A stretch of DNA of 48,508 nt from Patescibacteria group bacterium (GCA_035290345.1 DATDUP010000010.1:1-48508), one strand, 5' to 3'. Positions 1 to 8,608 are shown, counted from the stretch's first letter. Made by a program: numbers and translations. The notes: generated from the letters alone by a model not told the origin.

Positions 1-338
1 ATCGCGAAGTTGCCAATCATCGGGGCTGACCGACGCAGCTTTTCTTCCATGTCGGCCGGAATGATGTGAGCTCCGCCGTAAAGAATGGGACCCCAGATCG
101 TGGGCAGGTGCTCATAACCAAGAATCGGACCATCCTTTGCCCGCTGGCACAAGTCCAACATTTCTGATACTGTTCTCTGAAAGATGGCCGCACTTTGCCG
201 GCCGTAAGTGGCCAAGCTGCAGATCATCTTGAGAGCCGCATCCACATCACAGACAAAGATCCGCACCCGGCCATAATCAAACCGGTACAGACGACCGCCT
301 TCCTCATGGACCAATTGCACGTCTACTTCTTCCTTCAT
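1..338 (-). CDS. hypothetical protein; the 3' end runs off the window (112 codons visible, MKEEVDVQLVHEEGGRLYRFDYGRV...)
   Basis: I translated the minus strand from the ATG at 338-336 to the window edge and found no stop. A GGAGGTGAG SD lies 5 nt upstream. The ORF is GC-rich relative to the backbone. It is absent from the ORF track because it is edge-truncated. Confidence 0.55.
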   Translation of the reverse strand, partial: MKEEVDVQLVHEEGGRLYRFDYGRVRIFVCDVDAALKMICSLATYGRQSAAIFQRTVSEMLDLCQRAKDGPILGYEHLPTIWGPILYGGAHIIPADMEEKLRRSAPMIGNFA

Positions 339-359
339 GTCTCACCTCCAAAAGAGCAT

Positions 360-384
360 AAAAAAACAGACCCGAAATGGGTCT
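360..384 (-). terminator. intrinsic terminator-like hairpin inside the 5' leader of the 1-338 ORF
   Basis: On the minus strand it reads AGACCC-AUUUC-GGGUCU followed by G plus U7. It lies only about 20 nt upstream of the SD. Confidence 0.5.
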
Positions 385-484
385 AGTTTTTAAGAGGGTT
401 AGAAGACAAGCTTTTTCCTGCTTTCTGCCCTCCCTGGACAAATTGCGTTGGCTTGTCTTTGGACATCATATAGATATCTGTCAT

Positions 485-514
485 ATTGTAGCACCACCAC
501 CTAACCCGGCTCAA
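485..514 (-). promoter_or_regulatory. sigma70-like promoter for the 1-338 unit
   Basis: The minus strand reads TTGAGC (514-509), an 18-nt spacer, then TACAAT (490-485) preceded by TGC (extended -10-like). Confidence 0.4.
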
Positions 515-535
515 GTCCGAGGCTGTGTATAGATT

Positions 536-703
536 TTACTGCTGACTCTCCGTTTCACCACCTGTGAGCATCCCGGACCAAGAAGCAGGTTCTAGGGAAT
601 CAGCCGGAGCCAACCAATCAAAAAAACAAGCCAACAAAAAAAGCAGACCGCCAAAGCCTGCCACGGCCAAAGCCGTGTATACCACCCATCCTTTCTTTTT
701 CAT
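536..703 (-). CDS. possible small membrane protein (MKKKGWVVYTALAVAGFGGLLFLLACFF...)
   Basis: This is the ATG-initiated part of track ORF 536-811 and has one hydrophobic helix. I saw no SD and no clear promoter. Confidence 0.25.
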   Translation of the reverse strand: MKKKGWVVYTALAVAGFGGLLFLLACFFDWLAPADSLEPASWSGMLTGGETESQQ

Positions 704-728
704 ATCTTGATTAATTCCAACCCCAAGC

Positions 729-772
729 AAAAACCGCCCAAGGCGGAGGTGAACCCTCCTTTTTCTTTGTTT
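729..772. terminator. two back-to-back hairpins with oppositely placed A and T runs (insulator-like)
   Basis: CCGCC-CAA-GGCGG (734-746) is preceded by an A run. GGAGG-TGAAC-CCTCC (745-759) is followed by TTTTTCTTTGTTT. Confidence 0.4.
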
Positions 773-832
773 ATCATGTCCAGCTTTTTTTGCCAAATCA
801 GATATCCACAATTACCGTTCACTGGTCCGCTA

Positions 833-861
833 TTGACAAAATCATAATTTTATTGTATCCT
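833..861 (+). promoter_or_regulatory. sigma70-like promoter for the 900-1346 ORF
   Basis: TTGACA (833-838), a 17-nt spacer, then TATCCT (856-861). Confidence 0.45.
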
Positions 862-899
862 TTCCCTCGTGTTTTCCGAGTTCAACTATGGAGGAAAAG

Positions 900-1346
900 A
901 TGAAATTCGGAACCTGTGTGGTCAACGATGGGAAAGAGTGGGTCGTGTACCTGGAGTTCTACGAAGAGGAAGAAGGCGAGGAGCGTCAGACCGAAAGCAT
1001 GGTCATCGCTTTCAGCCGGGTCCAGGCCGTGAACCATGTCCGGTCCAAGGGGATCGAACCGGAGAAGGTCGACAAGCTCATCGCGGTCCTCGCCCAGTCC
1101 AACCTGCCCGAAGGAGACGGGAAGGACGAACCGCCGGTGGTGGTAGCTGAAGGGCTGGCCGCCAAGTACCTCTCCATCATGGTCGGCCTGATGCGCCACT
1201 ACAAGCGCCAGGCCCAGAGCCAGGACACGGTCTCGGTCACGCTCGTCATCCCGGGTGAGATGTACCGAGCAATGCACGAGACGTGCCCGTGCTGCCACCC
1301 GACGGAGGAGGGCAAGACAGAGGAAGGAGACAAGGCCGACAAATAG
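900..1346 (+). CDS. hypothetical protein, GC-rich, acidic, with a C-terminal CPCCHP motif
   Basis: This is track ORF 888-1346. The second ATG at 900 sits 5 nt after GGAGG. It is followed by a long hairpin (1369-1411) and a terminator. Confidence 0.6.
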   Translation: MKFGTCVVNDGKEWVVYLEFYEEEEGEERQTESMVIAFSRVQAVNHVRSKGIEPEKVDKLIAVLAQSNLPEGDGKDEPPVVVAEGLAAKYLSIMVGLMRHYKRQAQSQDTVSVTLVIPGEMYRAMHETCPCCHPTEEGKTEEGDKADK

Positions 1347-1423
1347 TCGGCATTTGGAAGGAGAGACACGCCGAGCGTGAGTCTGTCGACCGACATCACT
1401 CACGTTCGGCGATAGACTAAAGC

Positions 1424-1452
1424 AACCTATATCAGGTTGTTTTAGTTTTTTT
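1424..1452 (+). terminator. intrinsic terminator
   Basis: AACCT-ATATC-AGGTT followed by GTTTTAGTTTTTTT. It overlaps the 3' end of the convergent ORF 1432-1800. Confidence 0.55.
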
Positions 1453-1800
1453 CTTTCTCCCCTCTGCAAAGGAGAGAAGACAGGAACAATTTTTTTGACG
1501 AAGAATTTCCTGTTGTTCGTGACGGGTGTTGAGCAGAATGGTTTGCCGCGATTTACCGCTGGCCAGAGTTTTATCTAACTGACTGCAATGACGATACCCC
1601 CGCCGCTTCAATTCATGTATTTCTCTTTCGTGACGCAAGTAGAGCGCCTTCAATCTTCCTATCCAGCGCCTTACTTCCGGATGTTGACGATATCCTTTTT
1701 TCTTCTGCGTCAGAATCGTCCAGATAGCATGTAATTCCCGATGTTCGGCCAGGAGATGTTGGCGACAGAGCCAGGATGGAGAGATATCCCAAATACGCAT
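1432..1800 (-). CDS. pyrimidine dimer DNA glycosylase family protein (T4 endonuclease V-like, Pfam Pyr_excise type)
   Basis: The N-terminus MRIWDISPSWLCRQHLLAEHRELHAIW resembles the conserved start of that family. This is recognition only. Confidence 0.55.
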   Translation of the reverse strand: MRIWDISPSWLCRQHLLAEHRELHAIWTILTQKKKGYRQHPEVRRWIGRLKALYLRHEREIHELKRRGYRHCSQLDKTLASGKSRQTILLNTRHEQQEILRQKNCSCLLSFAEGRKKKTKTT

Positions 1801-1809
1801 ATTTTTCCG

Positions 1810-2811
1810 TCATCTTTGCTGTAGCGATACAGACAATCTGGTGACAAACTGGATAATTTTTTTTGCCACATTTCTGGGGCGTCCGTGCGTCGGATGATTA
1901 TGAATATCTAGGGACGGGTTCCCATTGATTTCAAGTATAAAAAAATACTTTTTGTCCGGATACTTAAATATGTCTGTACAAATTAAATCTATACCGATGA
2001 GATTCTTACCAACCATTTTTGACAAAGAAACAGCCATCTTTTTAATCTCTGGGTGTATATCATCGGTGATGTCCTTCGTCTCCCCTCCTTCTGCCAGACA
2101 AGCATTGCCTTTGATGTATATAATTTTATTCTTTGGTAAAACACTTCTCAATTTCACCCCTTGTTTTTTGAGGATATACAGTAATTTTTTGTCAAAAGGG
2201 GTGCGACGCTCTGTAGTATTTTGTTTTGTCTGGATAATTTTACGTACCGTAGATCGACCATCTCCGACAATATGGGGATGAATCATTTGTAAACCAGCGA
2301 TTACCCTATCGCCAAGAACTAAAATACGGTATTCTTTTCCGAACACCATTTCCTGAGCAATCATGCTTTGATACTTGGGGAGATTTTTCCGAATAATCTT
2401 TTGAGCCTCGTGGCCATCCATGATGAACGGAAAAACGCCCTGGCTATTTGATCCATGGGCATTTTTTATGATGATCGGATAAACTAAATTATGTAACTGA
2501 TCTTCTACCTGCCGCCGGTTGTATGTTTTGTAATAAAAGCTTTCAGTTTTAGGAGAAGACCACCCATGAGAAACGAGAAGCTTATACGTAATGTCCTTGT
2601 ATTCAGTTAACCGGCCGCTCACATATGAATTGCGGGTGACGGTGATGTGTCGCTCAAGTAAAAATCGTTTACCAGCCACATTCACATAAAAACAATCGCG
2701 CTCAGGGAGAAACTCCTCAATTGTCCCCCCCATGTCCAAGACTGTATCTCTAATTACCGAAGAATTACTTTTCATGATCTGTATACTCTCACACGTGATC
2801 CAAAAAGTCAA
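1810..2811 (-). CDS. ATP-grasp domain protein (RimK / cyanophycin-synthetase-like ligase fold)
   Basis: Motifs IIIKNAHGSNSQGV, EYRILVLGDRVIAG and FILEINGNPSL. The start at 2811 is TTG; an alternative ATG lies at 2775. Confidence 0.7.
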   Translation of the reverse strand: MTFWITCESIQIMKSNSSVIRDTVLDMGGTIEEFLPERDCFYVNVAGKRFLLERHITVTRNSYVSGRLTEYKDITYKLLVSHGWSSPKTESFYYKTYNRRQVEDQLHNLVYPIIIKNAHGSNSQGVFPFIMDGHEAQKIIRKNLPKYQSMIAQEMVFGKEYRILVLGDRVIAGLQMIHPHIVGDGRSTVRKIIQTKQNTTERRTPFDKKLLYILKKQGVKLRSVLPKNKIIYIKGNACLAEGGETKDITDDIHPEIKKMAVSLSKMVGKNLIGIDLICTDIFKYPDKKYFFILEINGNPSLDIHNHPTHGRPRNVAKKIIQFVTRLSVSLQQR

Positions 2812-2910
2812 AACGATATTTTTTCTTAATCCGAACCAAGAGGACTATTCTCCCTCTTCCATTAGGACCGCTAGAAACTACTAGATCAACCGAATCCGAC
2901 GCGGCCGGAC

Positions 2911-4440
2911 TTATTGCCTCACTATTTTTTTGTTCTCTAGATCAATCAAGAATTTGGCCTGTCCACCCACATTCAATATCCACTGATCAATCGTCCCCTC
3001 TTGCCAGGTCACCCAAGCATCTTTGTTACCATCATTCTCAAAAATCCCTGGTTCATTTGGATTGGCAGACAGACTAGCAGTAAACGATTCTTTTGTCTTC
3101 CAATCATAGACCGCAAAGTTGTAAGCTGACAAGAGGCCATCCATTTCACTTTGTCCCAAAGATAAGATTACGACCACTCGACCGTCAGGAGAAATCTTTA
3201 AAGCTGAATAATAACTATCGAGAATATAAAAATTCGCCAAAGTCGTAAGACTGAAATCAGACATTCGTCCTTGTTCCAAACCAACACTGGAATGGACCAA
3301 ATATGAATCCACAGACAAGGGGGTCACATTATAAAAGAGCCGAAGAGCAACAGGCACCCCGATCCAAGCCTGTCCGTCGTAGTATTCTAAATTTATCGCT
3401 CCATTACTGGCCGGCTGTTCCCGCCAGTTCATATATTCTTCTGGTGGAGGCAAGAGGGCGGCAAATTCGCTGCTCGTCTCATAGCCAACGAGCCTCTTGA
3501 TACGGGCGGCGATAATAAAATCAGCCTTTTTCTCATCATATTTAGCCAACACATCATACCGGCTATCATTTTCTTCATCAGAGTAGACGGCTAACAATTC
3601 CCCATCCACGGTTAACAGGACATCATCAAAATCTACTCTCTCCGCTGATCGGTTCGGAAAAAAATGAGCAGGGCCGAAAGCGACCCATTTATCCAGTTCC
3701 GGGTCATAATGAGACAAACCGCCAGCTGAACCGGCATTGGCGATAACCTCGGCCCAGACTTCTCCACCCTTGGCCCGAACGCGAGAGCTGAAATTGGTTC
3801 CGCCGGTACCCAGTTCATCGTCATAAAAAACCAAATTTCGATCTTGAGTATTTATCCTAGCCACCCCGGCGGTCGTTCCCACCCACAAAGTCTGGCCCAT
3901 TGAGGCAAACTGGAAATTCTCCAGGGTTTTAAAACCGTCTTTCTCAGTATATTTATAGACTACTTGATTCTTCAATAAATCAATTTCGTAAATACCAATC
4001 ATCTGGCAAGCCAAAAACAGTCGGTCGCCAACAATGGTCATACCAAAGTATCTTTCGGAAAAATCCTCAAACTGACAAGGGGCTATTTCCGGCCGGCTAC
4101 GAGCGATGAGTCGGCCCGTGGCGTCAAAACGCAAAATTTTGTTGTCAGCTAAAACAAAAAGATCATTGCCGTATTTTTCCGCGGCCCAAGTATGGATGTA
4201 GCCTTCCCAGTACCCCAACAGATCCTTGTTTTCCAACTCTCCGGCTGATTTGTCAGAAAAATATGAAACAAAAAAAGGCTCGGCCTCAACCATCTCCGAA
4301 TCAGAAGGGAACGCCGCCGCATTCTTTCCCAGCCCAGGTACTTCAGCTGATCTTGGGTGGTTGACCAACCAATACGCCGCCCACGCCAACCCCCCGAATA
4401 TCACCAGGGCGACAATCCACACCACACTCTTTTTTATCAT
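2911..4440 (-). CDS. membrane-anchored extracytoplasmic protein of unknown function
   Basis: A 509-aa ORF with a single N-terminal TM helix (VVWIVALVIFGGLAWAAYWLV). The remainder looks beta-rich. Confidence 0.6.
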   Translation of the reverse strand: MIKKSVVWIVALVIFGGLAWAAYWLVNHPRSAEVPGLGKNAAAFPSDSEMVEAEPFFVSYFSDKSAGELENKDLLGYWEGYIHTWAAEKYGNDLFVLADNKILRFDATGRLIARSRPEIAPCQFEDFSERYFGMTIVGDRLFLACQMIGIYEIDLLKNQVVYKYTEKDGFKTLENFQFASMGQTLWVGTTAGVARINTQDRNLVFYDDELGTGGTNFSSRVRAKGGEVWAEVIANAGSAGGLSHYDPELDKWVAFGPAHFFPNRSAERVDFDDVLLTVDGELLAVYSDEENDSRYDVLAKYDEKKADFIIAARIKRLVGYETSSEFAALLPPPEEYMNWREQPASNGAINLEYYDGQAWIGVPVALRLFYNVTPLSVDSYLVHSSVGLEQGRMSDFSLTTLANFYILDSYYSALKISPDGRVVVILSLGQSEMDGLLSAYNFAVYDWKTKESFTASLSANPNEPGIFENDGNKDAWVTWQEGTIDQWILNVGGQAKFLIDLENKKIVRQ

Positions 4441-4599
4441 ACAAATAACTTAATATATTACCCCCATATCCTAACACAAAAAGAAAAAATCCGCACGATT
4501 TCTTTTTTCCCACCTACGAGCATGTTTTTTACAATTTCGGCCTTCCTGACGACACCGACCACAATGAGTTACCGAATTTTACTAGATTTTAGCCATCAA

Positions 4600-5034
4600 T
4601 CACCGTTTCTTTATCATCTTCACATTCCCCGCTTGAGTCTCTCCTGTCACTACAAAGGCAAATGATTGGTAAAAATGAGTTAAATTTTTTTCTTCCGGAT
4701 CGTAGGTAATTGAAAAGTGCGTATAATCCACAGGAAAATCATTGGCCAAAACCGTCTGCAGTAGTTGTCGTCCAATCCCCTGTTTTCTGTATGAATCTAA
4801 AACAAAAAGGTCGGAGACAAAGACGGAATTAGGCAATTCTTTATGGTCTTTGCCAAAGAGTTGGCACAAAACATAACCAACTACTTTTTTACCGTCTTTC
4901 GCGACCCATACCAGGCTATTTTTCAAAGCCTGCTTAATTTTTTCTTCTCTAGTAATTTCAGAAGAATCAAAAATGATACTCAATTTGAATATTTCCCGAA
5001 TATCACCTAATCTTGACTTTTCAATTTTAATCAT
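4600..5034 (-). CDS. GNAT family N-acetyltransferase
   Basis: An acetyl-CoA motif A-like segment, FVLDSYRKQGIGRQLL, in a 144-aa protein. Confidence 0.8.
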   Translation of the reverse strand: MIKIEKSRLGDIREIFKLSIIFDSSEITREEKIKQALKNSLVWVAKDGKKVVGYVLCQLFGKDHKELPNSVFVSDLFVLDSYRKQGIGRQLLQTVLANDFPVDYTHFSITYDPEEKNLTHFYQSFAFVVTGETQAGNVKMIKKR

Positions 5035-5042
5035 TTTGCAAA

Positions 5043-5687
5043 TTATTTCTCTCCACTAATTATCCAATGACCATGGACAATCTTACCATGATCATCTAAT
5101 ACTATCTTAACCTTTTTAAAATTCTCAAATAATTTCTTTACTTCTAGTTTAGTATAAAAACTATGCGCCAAGCCTTTTTCCGGACCCGAAACAGGCGCAA
5201 AAGTACCACCGCCAAGATCCTGGTGGTTCAGAAAGGTCTTCCATTCCCGATTACTTTTTAGATCAGGTAAGGTTATAAAAAATTTACCACCAGGCACAAG
5301 GGCGGCATAAATTTCGTCTATAACTTTTTTGACAGCTGGCTTTAAGCCGTGGTGAACCGTTGCAATTGAAAAAATTAAATTATACTTCTTTCTCGGTATC
5401 TTGTACTCGAACATGTCGGCTTTGATTATACGGGATCCGCTCTTAAGATTACTTTTCGTCATTCTTACTGCGGTAGGACTAGAGTCAATGCCATCTACTC
5501 TAAAACCCAGTTTCTGCAAAAAAACCAAATACTTTCCCATCCCGCAGCCTATTTCTAAAGCATATTTTACTTCCCACTTATCGTCCTTAACAAAATCAAC
5601 AAACAAAGGAAGTAGTTTTCCCTCGATCGTCGCCCACGCCGGACCACCTTTTAAATAATCTTTGTAAATTTTATCCCAAATCGTCAC
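5043..5687 (-). CDS. class I SAM-dependent methyltransferase
   Basis: Motif I, ALEIGCGMGKY, followed by VDGIDSS. The start codon is GTG. Confidence 0.85.
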   Translation of the reverse strand: MTIWDKIYKDYLKGGPAWATIEGKLLPLFVDFVKDDKWEVKYALEIGCGMGKYLVFLQKLGFRVDGIDSSPTAVRMTKSNLKSGSRIIKADMFEYKIPRKKYNLIFSIATVHHGLKPAVKKVIDEIYAALVPGGKFFITLPDLKSNREWKTFLNHQDLGGGTFAPVSGPEKGLAHSFYTKLEVKKLFENFKKVKIVLDDHGKIVHGHWIISGEK

Positions 5688-5709
5688 AAAAAGACTAATT
5701 TCAAATAGT

Positions 5710-6327
5710 TTAATTAGAGAAAAATAAACAACTTTGAACCACTGCTTTTACCGCAAAGAACACCAGCAACAGAGCAAATATCTTAAACACGGTAGCGACC
5801 AAATTCTTTTTCAACAACAGTGGCCTAAATCTTGAAAAAGCAAAACCGAGCGAAGTGGTCATCACTAACCAGCCTAATTCCATAGCGACCAAAAAAATAA
5901 TTACCCCACCGAGAATTTGTTCTTGCAATACAAATGCTCGGGGAACACAAACTGTAATCCAAAAAATCCAAAAACCACCATTTAACAAAGTAAGCAAAAA
6001 TATTTTTGAAAAAATAAATACCTCTTTGTTCTCACCATCTATCTTGTCTATTTTCCACACTTTGATCGCTAACCAGATCAGATAAACCGAACCAACTATT
6101 GAGATAACGTAAAAATATGATTCTGGGATATTCAAAGAATATATCACCAACAGTATCGCAGTTGCCACAATTGTCTCCGCAAATAATGCTCTTAATACCA
6201 CTCTTAAACTTTTTTTGAAACCACTATTAAGAACTTCCGTAAAAACAGCAGTAAGCATTGGACCCGGCACCGCCCCACCAATTAAACCAAGCAAAAATAT
6301 TTCTATTATTTGAGCAGTAATTTCCAT
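5710..6327 (-). CDS. LysE/RhtB family amino-acid or metabolite exporter
   Basis: A polytopic membrane protein with an N-terminal GGAVPGPMLTAV motif. The ATG at 6327 is preceded by GAGGA; the track ORF extends to 6384. Confidence 0.7.
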   Translation of the reverse strand: MEITAQIIEIFLLGLIGGAVPGPMLTAVFTEVLNSGFKKSLRVVLRALFAETIVATAILLVIYSLNIPESYFYVISIVGSVYLIWLAIKVWKIDKIDGENKEVFIFSKIFLLTLLNGGFWIFWITVCVPRAFVLQEQILGGVIIFLVAMELGWLVMTTSLGFAFSRFRPLLLKKNLVATVFKIFALLLVFFAVKAVVQSCLFFSN

Positions 6328-6418
6328 ATAGTTATCCTCATCAATTATACTACAAAATCGCCTTTGGAGCGATTTACAAGACATCGTCTAGGGAGTCAGA
6401 ACTGCCTTAAAAAAGGAA

Positions 6419-6438
6419 AGAGTATATCTCGATACTCT
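6419..6438 (-). terminator. intrinsic terminator after ORF 6466-8031
   Basis: The minus strand reads AGAGUAU-CGAGAU-AUACUCU followed by UUCCUUUUUU. Confidence 0.5.
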
Positions 6439-6465
6439 ACTTGATTTAGTCCCTAGTGGCACCTA

Positions 6466-8031
6466 TTATAACTTTCTCACCATTCCATTATCAGCATCAA
6501 CCTCAACCATGTCCCCCTCTTTAAAAAGAGACATCGCGTTTTTGAGTCCAACTATGCAAGGTACCCCAAACTCCCGCGCCACCACAGCAGCGTGGCATGT
6601 CAGCCCCCCTGATTCGGTCACAAATGCAGCAGCTTTTTTCATCGCCGGCAAATTGTCAACCATGGTTGAATACGCAAAAAGGATGTCTCCTTCTTCCACC
6701 TTGTAGTTCTCATCTGGAGAAGGTACGAGTTTTACTCTGCCTTGTGCCTTACCGCGGCTGGCTGTAATGCCACGCCTGGCCACTGATGGATCAACCGGAT
6801 TATCCAGACGAACAGATTGTTGACCTTCAGCAAATGCAAACACTTCTTCTCCTTGCTCTGGGGTGAAATTAATTCTTTGTTTTGTCTTTCCATAAAGTAG
6901 CCAAGCACAAATCCTACCTTTGCGAGCGAGTATTTCTTGCGGATTGGCCTCTCCTCGAAGACACGCCACGATTTCATCCGCGCATAATGTTCGCAGATCA
7001 GTAATGGAAAGTTGTAACCGCTTTATCATTTCGTCATATAGTGGCAGGAGATAAAACCCCACAAACGAGGCAACGTATTCGGCCTCATTTCGTGTATCTA
7101 TCGCCAGCCCAAAATCAATAAAAATTTGCAGATCATTTGAAGAGATACCATACTTACCCACGATTACCTCCAGATCCCTGTTTCGGACTGTGGTGTAGTC
7201 TTGTAATAAAGTCAGTTCTTTCGTAAGTGAGGCGATATCCCGATTACACGGACCCTCAAGTTCTTGAACATATTTTTTCTCATCCCAGGGTAGGCCATAG
7301 GCCAGCACCGGCATCCACCCGTACTGAGCCGCAAGTTGCTGCGCCGCCTGTACTTTTTCTTTCAATCCTTTTTTGATTTGGAGCGCCAGTTCGATAACCG
7401 CCCGTTTCTCTTCTAAGGTGGTAGAAATGTTCTGTGGTTTGGTCAGGGCAAAAAGGGCTTGCGAATATTCTGGTGAATCTTTTTTAAGACCGAGTTTTTG
7501 GACAAGAATTTCATCCATGAGCGGAATCCAATAATTTTCAGCTATCCAGGTGAATTGATCATACACAACGATTCGGTGCGCCAAGTCACGATTATGTATG
7601 TACACCTCCGCCAGTTTATTATTATCGAGCGCCGAAACATTTTTGGGATATGTTTGGGACGCTTCTTTTTTAATCAATTCCTTTTCATCATAAAATTTCA
7701 TCAGTATTTTTTCGAGTCCCCGGCGATCATGGGCGGTTACATTGGCAATGAAACTGTGTAACTGTTTTACAAATGATTCAGGGACATACATGTGGTTACT
7801 GTATTCTTTGTCAAAAACACATATGGCCAATATTTCCTTCCATATACCAAAATATTCTTCAAAATAATTTGAGGTGTGCTCGGTATGCCATAATTCAACA
7901 TCAGCAGGATAAGTTGCCCATCTGCCCAGCTTTACAAATCGCAGATTTTTAAATACGTATGGATTATTGACGATTAGTTCCGAGATAGGCATAAGGTTGG
8001 ACTTGTTTTTATATATCCTATATCTTCCCAC
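6466..8031 (-). CDS. protein with a C-terminal PEP-utilising-enzyme mobile (phosphohistidine swivel) domain and an uncharacterised helical N-terminal region
   Basis: The C-terminus reads GRVKLV...ESGGLTCHAAVVAREFGVPCIVG, which matches the swivel-domain signature including the catalytic His. The start at 8031 is GTG; an alternative ATG lies at 7992. Confidence 0.7.
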   Translation of the reverse strand: MGRYRIYKNKSNLMPISELIVNNPYVFKNLRFVKLGRWATYPADVELWHTEHTSNYFEEYFGIWKEILAICVFDKEYSNHMYVPESFVKQLHSFIANVTAHDRRGLEKILMKFYDEKELIKKEASQTYPKNVSALDNNKLAEVYIHNRDLAHRIVVYDQFTWIAENYWIPLMDEILVQKLGLKKDSPEYSQALFALTKPQNISTTLEEKRAVIELALQIKKGLKEKVQAAQQLAAQYGWMPVLAYGLPWDEKKYVQELEGPCNRDIASLTKELTLLQDYTTVRNRDLEVIVGKYGISSNDLQIFIDFGLAIDTRNEAEYVASFVGFYLLPLYDEMIKRLQLSITDLRTLCADEIVACLRGEANPQEILARKGRICAWLLYGKTKQRINFTPEQGEEVFAFAEGQQSVRLDNPVDPSVARRGITASRGKAQGRVKLVPSPDENYKVEEGDILFAYSTMVDNLPAMKKAAAFVTESGGLTCHAAVVAREFGVPCIVGLKNAMSLFKEGDMVEVDADNGMVRKL

Positions 8032-8136
8032 TGTTTTTGTCTATTGCTTAAATTGAGCATATCATTTCCTTTCATAATGTCCAATCTCCACTCCCTAATA
8101 CAAAAACATGACTAATTATAGCCATATTTTTCCGAG

Positions 8137-8207
8137 CAGGCGCGGTAGGAATCGAACCCACGCAGGCGGTTTTGGAGACCGCCGTACTACCATTATACGA
8201 CGCGCCC
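8137..8207 (-). tRNA. trnW: tRNA-Trp (anticodon CCA), no encoded 3' CCA
   Basis: I folded the cloverleaf by hand: GGGCGCG/CGCGCCU acceptor, CUCCAAA anticodon loop, GUGGG-UUCGAUU-CCUAC T arm, 71 nt. Confidence 0.9.
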
Positions 8208-8213
8208 TTTATT

Positions 8214-8378
8214 TTATTTTGTCTCCTTGTGTGAGATGTGTTTCCGGCAATGACGGCAATATTTTTTCATTTCTAATCTTTCCTTCAACACCTTCTTATT
8301 CTTACGGGAGAAATAATTGACATGCTTACAAGCAGTGCATTCCAGCTTGATCATGTTCTCTCTTTCTTTTGACGGCAT
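8214..8378 (-). CDS. rpmG: 50S ribosomal protein L33
   Basis: My translation gives [54 protein letters not shown], with the CxxC...CxxC L33 pattern. At 54 aa it falls below the ORF-track cutoff. Confidence 0.9.
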   Translation of the reverse strand: MPSKERENMIKLECTACKHVNYFSRKNKKVLKERLEMKKYCRHCRKHISHKETK

Positions 8379-8412
8379 ATTTTAGCGAAATTATTCTGAT
8401 TAAGGTAAATAC

Positions 8413-8441
8413 ATCATACCGGCAAACGCTCCGGTTGTCAA
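8413..8441 (-). promoter_or_regulatory. sigma70-like promoter for rpmG and tRNA-Trp
   Basis: The minus strand reads TTGACA (8441-8436), a 17-nt spacer, then TATGAT (8418-8413). Confidence 0.5.
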
Positions 8442-8464
8442 TAGCCATCCACAGATCGGTCCTG

Positions 8465-8494
8465 GTTGACAAACTGATCAGATATATATTAGAA
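8465..8494 (+). promoter_or_regulatory. sigma70-like promoter for tRNA-Thr(GGU)
   Basis: TTGACA (8465-8470), an 18-nt spacer, then TAGAAT (8489-8494). It is divergent from the rpmG promoter. Confidence 0.5.
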
Positions 8495-8508
8495 TATTGT
8501 TACTTTTT

Positions 8509-8584
8509 GCCGTCATAGCTCAGTTGGTAGAGCGTCGCCATGGTAAGGCGAAGGTCTCCAGTTCGATCCTGGATGACGGCTCCA
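8509..8584 (+). tRNA. trnT: tRNA-Thr (anticodon GGU), CCA encoded
   Basis: A 76-nt cloverleaf with GCCGUCA/UGACGGC acceptor, AUGGUAA anticodon loop and a UUCGAUC T loop. Confidence 0.9.
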
Positions 8585-8608
8585 AACCGGCCTTTGGCCG
8601 GTTTTTTC
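8585..8608 (+). terminator. intrinsic terminator after tRNA-Thr
   Basis: CCGGCC-TTT-GGCCGG followed by TTTTTT. It overlaps the stop codon of the convergent mutM gene. Confidence 0.6.

Noticed and set aside
385-420. Resemblance of ACCCUCUUAAAAACUAG to the 3' half of a preQ1-I riboswitch (ACCCUCUAUAAAAAACUA in Bacillus subtilis).
   Set aside because: The required 5' P1 strand (AGAGG) is not within about 12 nt upstream. The nearest complement, GAGGG, is about 30 nt away inside another helix, and the downstream gene has no obvious queuosine link. I kept it only as an unclassified leader.
882-1469. Overlapping track ORFs in the first GC-rich island: 869-1150 (+), 882-1469 (-), 986-1180 (-) and 1199-1399 (-).
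   Set aside because: Long stop-free frames on several strands are expected in GC-rich DNA. Only 900-1346 (+) has an SD, a promoter and a downstream terminator. The others lack start signals and run through the hairpins.
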